Below are positions 1 through 11,438 of a stretch of DNA of 64,000 bases, piece after piece. The stretch is from Piromyces finnis finn (taxonomy: Eukaryota > Fungi > Neocallimastigomycota). The stretch lies in the NCBI GenBank assembly GCA_002104945.1, contig MCFH01000024.1:186001-250000 (forward strand), in the 5' to 3' direction. Each line of letters begins with the position of its first letter. The stretch's first letter is position 1. The position numbers and the translations under genes are program-made. Below the pieces are notes generated by a model. That model had not been told where the DNA came from and made no database searches. It worked only from the letters and a program-made list of their open reading frames with translations.

Positions 1-88
1 TTATAATTTAAAGAGTGTTAATAAATGTTTTTTTTTCTTATAAAATTATATGAGATAATTTTTTTTCTTTATTATTTGAAATCCCTAC

Positions 89-1165
89 ATAAAATTCATG
101 TAAAAATCTTTATTTCTGTCGTCGATTTTAATTTCACTATCGAATATTTTGGTTAATCTTTCTCTAACTTCTTGTTCTTCTTTTGATCTTAAAAATGGAA
201 TACCTTTAATAAAAATATAGTTATTGGTGTATAAATATGTATAAATATCTAACCATAAAATAATGTATATATACCATATTTTTATATTTTAAATACCTTT
301 TTTAATCCATTCATTGAAATTAAAACCATTTTGAATTAAAAATTCTAAACTTTTTCCTTCACAAAGAAAGTATGGTGAAATGTTTAATTCTCTAGATCCT
401 GTTGCTGGGAAACAATAGAAATTAAAGGCTTTAGCTTTGTATTTCTTATTTTCTTCATCCCAATAAAAGGTACAAAGACCACATTGAGGGACGGCAAATG
501 ATTTTGCAGAATTTCTTGCTTTTTCATAACGATCTTGAAGGGTATCATAATAGAAATTTCCTTGATCATCAGACTTTTTTAAACCTGTGAAATGTCATTT
601 CAGTTTTATTATTATACATAATTTATTAGAATTAATTAAAAAAATGTTTTTTTTTATATGAATCATTAATAAAGTGACAAGAAATGTATTCGTTTTTTTT
701 ATTTTAAAGAAACGTTTATTTTATTTTATTCCTTCTTAATAAATAAATTTGAATTTTAAATGTGCATTTATAAATTATTATTATATAATTGATTTATATT
801 TTTATGAAAATAAAAATATATGTATATATTTGGTAATTTCAATAAGAATAATAATGTCAATAATGTTTAATATAATAAAACTATAAAAATATTTTAATAT
901 TATTATAATTTTTATATATTTAAACATTATATTTTATATTGAATTGAATAATTGGAAAAATTTTAAATTAATTAAATTGAAATTCCTTTCTCTCCTCCCT
1001 CTTTTTTTTTTTTTATTATATTTTATTTATTATTTTTTTAAGGCTATTTAAATATAATATATATGTACCAGTAAATTCAAAATCAATAGAAACAAATTGA
1101 CTTTCGTCAATAGCTTCTTTAATTGTTGGTAATAAAAGTTCAAAGTTGCGTTTATTAATTTCCAT
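89..1165 (-). CDS. PARN: CAF1-family poly(A)-specific ribonuclease (PARN-like), 5' three exons; gene continues off the left edge
   Basis: Spliced minus-strand exons 1165-1069, 584-297 and 203-~89 translate to MEINKRNFELLLPTIKEAIDESQFVSIDFEFTG/LKKSDD...DTLQDRYEKARNSAKSFAVPQCGLCTF...KAFNFYCFP...SLEFLIQNGFNFNEWIKKG/IPFLRSKEEQEVRERL. This shows the DEDD 'IDxEFTG' motif and PARN-like 'FNFYxFP' and 'FLxxxGFxFNxWIxxGIP'. GT-AG phases are consistent. The ORF-track ORF 384..569 is a wrong-frame overlap. Confidence 0.88.
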
Positions 1166-2083
1166 TATTTCTTTTTTTTCTTTTTTTCTTTTTTTTTTTT
1201 ACTTCTTTTTCTCTTTTTACCCTTAATTTTACTATTAAAAAAAAAAAAAAAAGAATATAAAGAATTAATCTTTTATTATTATTATTAAGTAATTTGAATT
1301 GATTTTTTATTTTTTTATTATGAATAATGTATGTAAATGTAATAAAATCAATTTTATAATCCAATCATATATTTACATTATATTTAATGTATGGTTAAAC
1401 AATATAAATGTAAAAAAAATTTAAAGGTAATTTTTTTTTTGAGGTAACACAAAAAAAAAATAAACATTATCAATTAAAATTTTATATTAATTAAATAAAC
1501 CACTTAAAATTATTTATTTTATATTAAAAAAATTTAAAATTTTTAAAAAACGTTTTAAATTAATGGTAGTTTGTAGTAGAAATAAGAGAAAGAAGAAGTA
1601 AAAAGGCCATAAGCATTAGTAAATATAATAATAAATTATTTTTTAAAACTAATGATAGAGAAAATAATATTATTATGATTATGCTCAGTAGAAAGATTTA
1701 TTTTTATTATAAATTAATAATTTAATATCAATAAAAGTTACCTATAATAAATAAGTAGTCATAAGAATGAAATTTGTTTAAGAAAAGGTAAGCAAAAAAA
1801 AAAGAAAGAATACTCAATACATTTTATAAATAATGTTTTAATCTCTAATTATTATAAGGAAAAATTATCATATCTTTCCCATTTTGGGATGTTAAAATAA
1901 AGCACAAAATAATAATAATAATAATTAAAATTTTAATAGTTTTTAATTTTCCTATTATTTTTTTTTTCATTTGATTTGTTTTTATTTATTCCGTAATAAT
2001 TTTATTATAAATATATATAATCGTAAATGATATAAGTATATAAAATAAAAATTCAGTATTTTATTAACAGATAATTATAGGAA

Positions 2084-2174
2084 CAGTAGTAATAACATGT
2101 ATGTCTAATATTTGAAAATATAAGAGGCTATGTTATTACTACTGCCCTCTCTTATCTTCAAATATTAGATATAC
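2084..2174. repeat. Interleaved pair of inverted repeats (A-B-A'-B')
   Basis: cagtagtaataacat (2084-2098) pairs with atgttattactactg (2130-2144). gtatgtctaatatttgaa.. (2099-2127) pairs with ..ttcaaatattagatatac (2146-2174). Confidence 0.8.
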
Positions 2175-4190
2175 AAGAGTAAATTTAAAAATATATTTTC
2201 ATTTTTAATTAAAAAACTTTATCAAAACTTTATTACATATTTATTATATATAAAACATTTATTTTTATGATATTCTTTTAATTGCTACTTTATACAGTTG
2301 CTTTATTAATTATAAAAACTATTCAATTAATTCTAATATATAACAATAAAATTTATCAATTAATATTAATATATAATAATAAAAAAGTTTTTTTTTATAT
2401 TTTATTAGTAATACAATTGATTTATCAATTATAAAAACTATTCAATTAATACCAATATACCAATATATAACAATTAAAAAAAGTTTTTTTATATTGTATT
2501 AGTAATAATACCAGTAATAAAAAAAAACCAAAAATAAAAACAAATTATCATTATTTTTTAATATAGAAAACCTTCATTTTTATTAAATATTATATAATAT
2601 TAATGTTTAATTTTTAAATTATTTTTTTAAAATAAAAATAATTTAAAATATAACTTAAAAAAGAAAAAAAAACTTTTATAGATAATAGGTGTTTATATTA
2701 AATTTTAATAAAATAATAATTATTAATTGCCATGAAAATAAATATAAAGTCGAAAAAAAAGTTTAAAAATAGTTTTGAATTAAAATCTCTAATTTTATTT
2801 TATTTTTAAAAGAATAAAAAAATAGAAATACTAATTCAAGATTCTATTATTATCTATTATAATAGAAATCTTTATTAAAAAATTAAAATTAATGATGATT
2901 TGTTTTTAATAATAATAGTATTATTAGTATTAATATAATAAAAGAATATTACCAGCTACTATCTATTTTTTCAATTATTCATTGTTATTCTCATTTCATT
3001 TTGTTATTAATTTATAAAAATAAAAAAATGCCGTCACACAACTTTTTATTAATTAAAAATAGCGGCCTATACAAAATCAATTTAATTAATTTTTTTTAAT
3101 TATAAATTTTCTATTTTGGTTGACATTTAAAATAAATCAATTTAATTATTTTTTTAAATAGTAATTTTCTAATTTTGATTATTATTAAATTAATTAAATT
3201 TTATTATTTTTAGTTTTATATTTACTCTATGATTTTATAATTATTTTTATAATTACTTTTATTATACTTGATATTTTTAACTTTTAATAATAGTTTATAT
3301 ATTATATGTACTTTTATAATTACATTTAACTATTAATAATAATTTATACATAATAATAATTTTTATATAACAATTACTAAACTATCATTAATTGAAAGCG
3401 TAGTGGTTTAAAAATTTTATAATTCATTATTTTTTTTATTAATTGTTCAGTTGTTATATTAAATTCTTTCTATTATTTTATTTATAAATATTTATTTATA
3501 TTAAATGTGAAATTAAGGAATAATAAAATATATCAATTTAATAATATTTAAAATTTAAAAGTAATAATAAAAGTTTAAAAATAAAGTAATAATAATGCGT
3601 ATAATTATATTTATTTAGGAAAAAGTATATAAAGTGTCAATTTTCTTTTTTAACTGTTTTTTATCATCAAACAATTGTAATATATTTTATAAATTATCTT
3701 TTCTTTTTTTAATAAAAAAGCGATTTTTGTAAATTTTTATAAAAACCTTTATAACTTTTTTTTTTTAATAAACTTATTGTATATATATTTAATAGTTTAA
3801 TAAAAAAATTTATATTTGTATATATATTTTTCTTTAATTATAAATATTTTTAAAAGAAATCTTTAAAATTTTTTTATAAAAAAAAAGGAATAAAACTATA
3901 TAAAAAGAAACGTCTAATTGGTGACAAACGGAAACCATTTTTTTTATATTAATAAAATATTTTATTTATTGCTTTCGCTGTAATATATAATTCATTATAT
4001 ATTTGCAATAAATAAAATAAAAATATTAATATTATTTAAAACTAAATAACTGCTGAACATAAAAAAAAAAAGATCTAATCTATTTGAATTAATTTTATTT
4101 AATCATTAAAACCTTATTTTTTTTTAAAATAAAACTTTATTCAATCGAAACTTTACTTTTTTAAAAGTTAAAAAAAAAAAAAAAACGAAA

Positions 4191-5330
4191 ATGAAATTCT
4201 TCACTTTAATTCCAGTTGCTATTGTTGCCTTAACCTCATGCCTTCCAGCTGTTAATGCTTACTGGAAGCCAAAGCCAGGATTAAAATGGAATTGGGCCTT
4301 AGGTACTAAGGTTAGTGAAATTCCAATTGAAAACACTGATTATGAAGTTATTGATATTGATTTATACGGTGCTACTAAGGAAATCATAAATAAAATGCAC
4401 AGTAACAACAAAAAGGTTATTTGTTACTTCTCCGCTGGTACTTATGAAAAAAGTAGAGAAGAAGCTCAAGGTATGCTTAAAGTTAATGGTCTTGTTAGAA
4501 ACAAGATGGAAGAATGGGATGAATACTGGCTTGATTTCAGACTTGATGAAGTTAAGTCTTTTATGATTGAACGTTTAGAACTTGCCAAGAGTAAGGGTTG
4601 TGATGGTATTGAATTTGATAATGTTGATACTTTCACTAATGTTGACTGGGATGATGCTATTACCGTTGAAGATCAATTAAAGTATGATAAATGGTTAGCT
4701 ACTGAAGCCCATAACCGTAATATGGCTGCCGGTTTCAAGAACAGTATTGAACTTCTTGATGATTTAAAGGACATTTTTGATTTCGCTATTAATGAAGAAT
4801 GTAACGAATACAATGAATGTGATGATTATAGCGTCTTTTTAAACAAAAACATTGCTGTCTTTGTTGCTCTTTACGGTTATCCAACCGATAAAACTTTCAT
4901 GAATGGTATTTGTAGTCAAGTTAAGGGATTAAATTTAAGTATTATTATTAAGGATCCAAGTGAAAGTCTTACTTATGATTACACTGCTTTTGAATATGAA
5001 AAATTCTGTGGTTCTTCTTCTACTACTAAGAAGACTACTACCACCACTAAGAAGACTACTACTACTACTACCGCCAAGAAAACTACTACTACTACTCCAG
5101 TTAAGAAGACTACTACTTCTACTAAAAAGACTACTACTGCCACTAAAAAGACTACTACTACTACTAAGAAGGCTACTACTACTATCAAGAAGACTACTAC
5201 TAAGAAGACAACAACCAAGAAGTCTACTACTTCAACTAAGAAGTCTTCCACTACCAAGAAAACTACTAAAACTTCCGCTGCTACTAAGAAGTGCTCTATT
5301 GTTGTTTCCACTGTTACCAAGTGTGATTAA
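4191..5330 (+). CDS. Secreted GH114-family glycoside hydrolase (endo-alpha-1,4-polygalactosaminidase-like) with Thr/Lys-rich C-terminal tail
   Basis: Intronless 379-aa ORF with a signal peptide. GH114 motifs: 'YWKP..GLKWNW.L', 'VIDIDL', 'KKVICYFSAGTYE', 'WDEYWLD', 'RLELAKSKGCDGIEFDNVD', 'GFKN', 'DFAINEEC'. The tail is ~100 aa of KKTTTT repeats. Confidence 0.9.
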   Translation: MKFFTLIPVAIVALTSCLPAVNAYWKPKPGLKWNWALGTKVSEIPIENTDYEVIDIDLYGATKEIINKMHSNNKKVICYFSAGTYEKSREEAQGMLKVNGLVRNKMEEWDEYWLDFRLDEVKSFMIERLELAKSKGCDGIEFDNVDTFTNVDWDDAITVEDQLKYDKWLATEAHNRNMAAGFKNSIELLDDLKDIFDFAINEECNEYNECDDYSVFLNKNIAVFVALYGYPTDKTFMNGICSQVKGLNLSIIIKDPSESLTYDYTAFEYEKFCGSSSTTKKTTTTTKKTTTTTTAKKTTTTTPVKKTTTSTKKTTTATKKTTTTTKKATTTIKKTTTKKTTTKKSTTSTKKSSTTKKTTKTSAATKKCSIVVSTVTKCD

Positions 5331-5803
5331 ATTATAACAGAATTTTAAAAATATTTAATCGGGAAAAAATATTTTAAAAAATTACTTTTTTTTTTTTTTT
5401 TTTTTATAAATAACACTATTTATTATGTATATAATTAATTTATTTAATTTATTAGAATAACGTGAAACAATGTTTTTTTAAAAACAAAATGAAAAAAAAA
5501 AAAAAAAAATAGAAAAAAAGGAGAAAAGAAAAAAAAGTAAAAAAAAAAGTGAAAAAAGAATTGAATAAAAAATATAATATAAAAAATGAAAAATGATATT
5601 AGCTTTGTAATATTTAATTCGAGTGTGTTTTTTTTTATATATAATATTTATGATTATAATTTATTAATTTTTAAATAATTATTATATATTTTACTTTTAT
5701 CATTTAAAAATGTTACATACATATCATTAATTGATTATTTTGGTTTTTAATATATTAAGGCAATTTTTTTTTTAAAGCGAAGCATATATACTTAATATGA
5801 TTT

Positions 5804-6297
5804 TATGTAATTTTAGTTAATTATAAAAGTATACCTCTTTAAAAAGTTTATCTTGATGATGAATTAAATAAAACTAACTTTACCGTTCAAAAAGATGTTT
5901 ATATTTTTTTTAGTATCATAGATTAAATTATATAAAAGGTTAGATTTAAATATTTAATTTGTTTTAGTATGTAATTTTAGTTAATTATAAAAGTATACCT
6001 CTTTAAAAAGTTTATCTTGATGAATGAATTAAATAAAACTAACTTTACCGTTCAAAAAGATGTTTATATTTTTTTTAGTATCATAGATTAAATTATATAA
6101 AAGGTTAGATTTAAATATTTAATTTGTTTTAGTATGTAATTTTAGTTAATTATAAAAGTATACCTCTTTAAAAAGTTTATCTTGATGAATGAATTAAATA
6201 AAACTAACTTTACCGTTCAAAAAGATGTTTATATTTTTTTTAGTATCATAGATTAAATTACATAAAAGGTTAGATTTAAATATTTAATTTGTTTTAG
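5804..6297. repeat. Three near-identical head-to-tail copies of a 164-165 bp unit
   Basis: The unit beginning tatgtaattttagttaattataaaagtatacctc restarts at 5804, 5968 and 6133, with only 1-2 differences between copies. Confidence 0.95.
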
Positions 6298-7400
6298 AAA
6301 AGTTTGATTAATTTGTATTAATTATCTGTAATTTTTTTTTATTGAATGTATGTATATCATTTATCTTTTTAATTAATTTTTTTTTTTTTTATTTTCATAA
6401 TTTCAAATATTGAATATTGTGCTAATAAAATATAATAGTTTCTAATAATTTAAAAATAATTAAATATATTTAAACATAATAATTTTATATTAAAAATTTA
6501 GTATTCATCATATATCTTTATAATGATAGTAAAGAAAAAAGACATATAAAATTTTAAATCTTTTGTTACAGTAACTACAATCCTTTTTATTAAAAAAAAA
6601 AAAAAGGAAATTAAATTTTTTTTATATTAAATTTTTAATTAAATAAATATTTCCATATATATTAGTATTAATCTATCTTTAATTTCCATAATTGGATAGT
6701 CAAATTTTTTTTTTTTTTTTTATATTTCAATTAATTAAAAAAGGAAATTGATTTTTAGTAAAAAAAAAAAAAGAATAAAAAAGATATTTTTTCCCATTCT
6801 TTCTTTTTTTAACTATAAATAAAAAGATATTAATTCTTTTTATTTTTTTCCTTTTTAAAAATATAATATAATAGTTTATTTATTAGGATTATTACTTTAA
6901 TAATATATAAAGAATATAAAATTCAATATTCTTTTAAAAAAAATACATATTATTTCTTTTGAATAATGAATAAATAATAAATTAAATAAAAAATGAAAAA
7001 TAGTTGCTGTAATTCTTTAACTAATTAAAATAATAATTATATTAAAAAATTTATATATTTCAATACAAATTTTAGATTAATAAGGTTATTTTTTAGATTT
7101 ATTATAAAAAACATTGAGGGGGAATAGTTTATATTTCATTTTTTTAAAAGATCTATCGAAAAATCATTAATTAAATTATATATCAAAATTGAATATTTTT
7201 TTTAAAAAAAATATTGAAACTATAATATCATTATTTCCTTATATAAAAGAAATTCTTTTAAAAACTAGAAAATCATTGATACCTATAATAATATCATTAT
7301 TTCATTATAAAATTTTTTTTTAAAATATAAAAAATAATTACTACTTAAAAGTGACGGCAATAACAACATATATATTAAGGATACGTCTTATTTAATTTCT

Positions 7401-9743
7401 ATGTCAAGAAAATCTTTTAGCGAAATCCAGTCATATATTAATGAAAGTATTGTATCATTAATTGAGAGGTAAGAACGGTCATAATTACTTTAATAATTGA
7501 TTAATATTTATTGATTTTTTTTTTGTTTTCTATATATATATATCTAAATGCATTTTTATTAAAATTTTCGATGATTATAGAAACAGTTCTTTTGCAACAT
7601 GGTTGGATTCAGATCAATATCAAATTAATATAACTATTTCATACAAACATTTACCTCATTATAAACAAATTGGTCCAACGTAATTATATCTATCTATTTA
7701 TCTAGGATTATTAATCGTTATTGATATATGATTTTCATTTTTTTTTTTTTTTTTGAGTATCTAGAATTAAAATAAAAATAATATATCTATATATAAAAAT
7801 GAATGATAGATGTGGATTGACGGCCTTGTTAATGATAAAAGATTATTATAATAAATATGAAAATTACCATAAAACATTAAATAATTCAGAAAGTATATAT
7901 ATATTCCTTATTATTATTTTTTTATATGATCCTTTAATTAGGAATAACATTGAAATATTATTAAAATAAATGAATGTATAATTATATATATACAATGAAT
8001 GTTAATATTTTATTATAATTATAATTATAATTATTTCCCCCCGTTAGATCAAAAGGAATTTAGTGAAAGATTAAATGAATTATTAAATATAGCCATTAAA
8101 AAACAATTTACCAATAAAGGTGAAATGTTTTGGTCAAAAGGAATGGCTCTTCTTCTTAAAAATTATTGTGGATTAAAATGTAAGGTTTTAAAATTTCACG
8201 ATGAACACAAGAACTCAAAGAAATCAACTAAGAATACAACATTCCCTGTTTTTTCAAAAAACGCTAATAATCAGGCTAATGCTATAAAAAATTATAGTGG
8301 AAAAGATCAATATAATTTTTCATTATTAAATAATAATCCCAATAATGAGACATCGATAAATAAATTTCAAAAAATTAATCAAACAATTATAAGAAACTTG
8401 TTAAAAGTATTTATTTTCCTTCTTTATTTATCTATCTATCTATCTATCTAAATAATATTTAAAGAAATTAAAAAAAAATTAATAAATAAATCATGCGAAT
8501 TAAATATTAAATTTATTTATACTATTTCACTTAACAAATTTTTAGGATAATCTTTGCTTAATACCTTATGATAAAGATGTAAGTTATTATCATTAGATAC
8601 AATTAAATTATAGATAATATAATTATATTATTAAATGACTTATTTAAATGTAACAACTATAACAAACATAACAAACTATTTATATATTTATTAGGGTAAT
8701 AATGAACCCTGTTTTAAACAAGGACATAAAGCTCATTGGTAATAAAACTATTTAATATTATTAATAATAAAAACAACAGTTTGTGAAAATTAATAAGAAA
8801 AAAGGGTTTATTAATAAAAAATATTTTTATTAACTAAAAATAAAATTAGGTGTATTATTAATGGCTTTATAATTGTAGAGCCGTTGAAACTGGAACAAAG
8901 CTGTGAATCAAATAAGGTTTCAAAATTTAATATAGTTTGGAAGGATACAAGTAATTTGAATAGCCATTTGGATATAATCATTTATATTATTATTATCTTA
9001 AAAATATTTTTACAATGAATATTAATTAAGTAATATATATATATTTCCTATTTTTCATTATTAATTATTATAATTATTGTGTATAATTATTAGAGGAGGT
9101 TTCCAATAATTCAAATTTAAAATTAGAAAATCGTTTAAACAATCTTTATTATATTTGTACTCATAGTGGTTCTAGCTATCCAGGATTATTTAAAGCAGAT
9201 CAATTATTACAAAGTAATTCTCAGCTTACTGAAGTTGCACCGGCAGTAATCAAAGAAACTAAGGAAACAATATATCATGATATCTATAATTCAATTAAAA
9301 ATGTTCATATGACCAATTCTACAACAATCTTTAATAATGATATACGAAATTCAAAGGCATTATCACTTCTCCTACCTCCTCCACCTCCTCCACCTCAAGC
9401 ATTAAACAATGATAATAATAATATAACAAATCTTAAATCCCATATAACTTTTTCTCAATTTAATTCATCTAAACTAAATAATAATTCATCTCTAAATTCA
9501 TGCCAAAAAACTCAAATAGATCGAAAAGGTTATATCATACCAAATTTCTATTCCTTTCCAAAGAAAAATATTTATCATTGGGAACAATATCAAGTTAATT
9601 TAAGAAAAGATTTATTTTCAAATAAGAAAAACAAAAATCTTAAAACTAATCCTGTTATAAATTATCAAGGTCATTCACTTAAAGAAACATTATGTTCTTC
9701 TTTAATATTGGTTGGAAAGAAGGATTACTCATTTCCGAATTGA
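7401..9743 (+). CDS. ACTMAP: Actin maturation protease ACTMAP (C19orf54/UPF0692)-like papain-fold cysteine protease, ~8 exons
   Basis: Spliced exons give ...LPHYKQIGPT/CGLTALLM..., 'AIKKQFTNKGEMF', 'DNLCLIPYDKD/GNNEPCFKQGHKAHW/CIING' and 'YYICTHSGSSYPGLFKADQLLQSNSQL'. These parallel the ACTMAP motifs QxGPxCGL, GEMF, LIPYDxDxNxEPCxxxGHKAHW and QxxxSNxQL as recalled. The last exon is in frame with ORF 9309..9743. Confidence 0.82.
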
Positions 9744-9950
9744 ATTATAAAATTAAATATAGCAATAGAAAAAAATAGTTTTTTTTTTTATGATAATAAA
9801 TAAAATTCATTTATACCATCTATCTTTTTTTTATATATCAATTTTTAATTCATTATATCAAAAAATCATTATCATTTGTTAATATAGTAAATATTCTCTT
9901 AACGTTATTAAGATTCTTTCAATGAAATAATAAAATATAATATAATAGAC

Positions 9951-10097
9951 ATAATAATAATAAACATAATAATAATAAACATAATAAACATAATAATAGT
10001 AATAAACATAATAAACATAATAATAGTAATAAACATAATAAACATAATAATAGTAATAAACATAATAAACATAATAATAGTAATAAACATAATAAAC

Positions 10098-10141
<44 letters not shown>
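9951..10141. repeat. Compound micro/minisatellite (24-bp ataataaacataataatagtaata units then (AAT)n)
   Basis: Directly visible; it explains the spurious ORFs 9908..10099 and 9919..10194. Confidence 0.9.
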
Positions 10142-10142
<1 letters not shown>

Positions 10143-11438
10143 TAACAGTATATAAAAGATATATTTTAACTTTTAAAAAAAAATATGTCTTCATAGTGAT
10201 TCTTCCAAAAGTAAATTTTTTTTTGATATTTTAAAGGCATATGAATTGTTTTTAATAATATTTTTTGAAAGAAATAAATAATCCTATGTAATATTTATAT
10301 ATAACTATATATAATCAATCTATTTTTAACGATTAATGTAAAGATGTGAAAATTTTATAAATGTTATTTAATTTTATTTTATTTTTTCTTTTTAGTATAT
10401 TATACGAATGAATAGTTTTAAAATGAACTTTTTTTTTCCTAATGAAATATATTTTAGGTCCATTACAACTTTTTTTAATGATTGAATATAAATTTATGAT
10501 GGATGGTTTTATTTAATTATCATATAATTTAATGTTATCTTTTTTCTTTCTTTTTTTTTATTTTATATTATTTATACTTTTTTTTTAATTAAATAATAGA
10601 TATTTAATGACTTTATATATTTGTAAAAATAACATTATTTAATATTAAATTTTTAAATTAAAGTATAATTATAATTTATTAGTATTATTAATGTTCATAG
10701 GAAGTTGAATTTAAATAATTATATAAGAATGGTAATGTTGTATTAATTACAATTTATAATATTATAGAATGAAATACTTTGAGTTTTTTTAATACAATAT
10801 ATATATAATTTTTGAATAGAAATGCTAATTATTTAATTATATATTAATAATGCTTTCATGTTTTATAAAAAAGTTTTATAGAATGTTTTTTTTTTTTTAT
10901 ATATATATAAATTGATAATTAAAAAATTTAAAATTTTAATTTTATAATTTAAACAAAAAAAAAAAAAAAAAAGTGAAAATAAATTAAAAAAAAAAATATT
11001 AATTAAAAAACTTTTCCTTATATATAATAAAAAGTAGATTTTAAACTTTCATAGGAGTTAAAATTATCTATTTTACTATAGAATAATAACATTACATTTT
11101 ATAGTTTAATGATATAATAACATATGCATTTATATTAAAGAATTTTGTAAAATTATTCATTGTTTATATATATATATTTTTTTTTAATTTAGATACAATT
11201 TTAAAAAAGTTAATATTTTAATTATTTTTCTTTCTTTCTTTTTATTTTTTCTAATACTAATTTCCACCTTTTTTTCCCAATAAATAGTTTCATTTAATTG
11301 TAAGGATTTTTATTTTTAATAATAATACCATATAATTTGAATTAATTATATTTAATAAATTGTAAAAAAAAAAATTGTAAAATTTTTTTATGATACTAAT
11401 ATTTTCTAATCAATTTTAAAGCTAGATAAAGGTACGCC

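Noticed and set aside
384-569. ORF-track 61-aa protein MIKEISIM...
   Set aside because: It is an alternative frame of PARN exon 2; the real frame has no ATG and is joined by splicing.
4960-5337. Overlapping/antisense ORFs over GH114, NDT80, TBRG1, ankyrin, GPI-protein and GQQPY genes
   Set aside because: These are shadow ORFs generated by repetitive, biased codons of the real gene, with no independent motifs.
5804-6297. CRISPR-like array (also 17039-17192)
   Set aside because: The repeats are head-to-tail with no unique spacers, there are no cas genes, and the context is eukaryotic.
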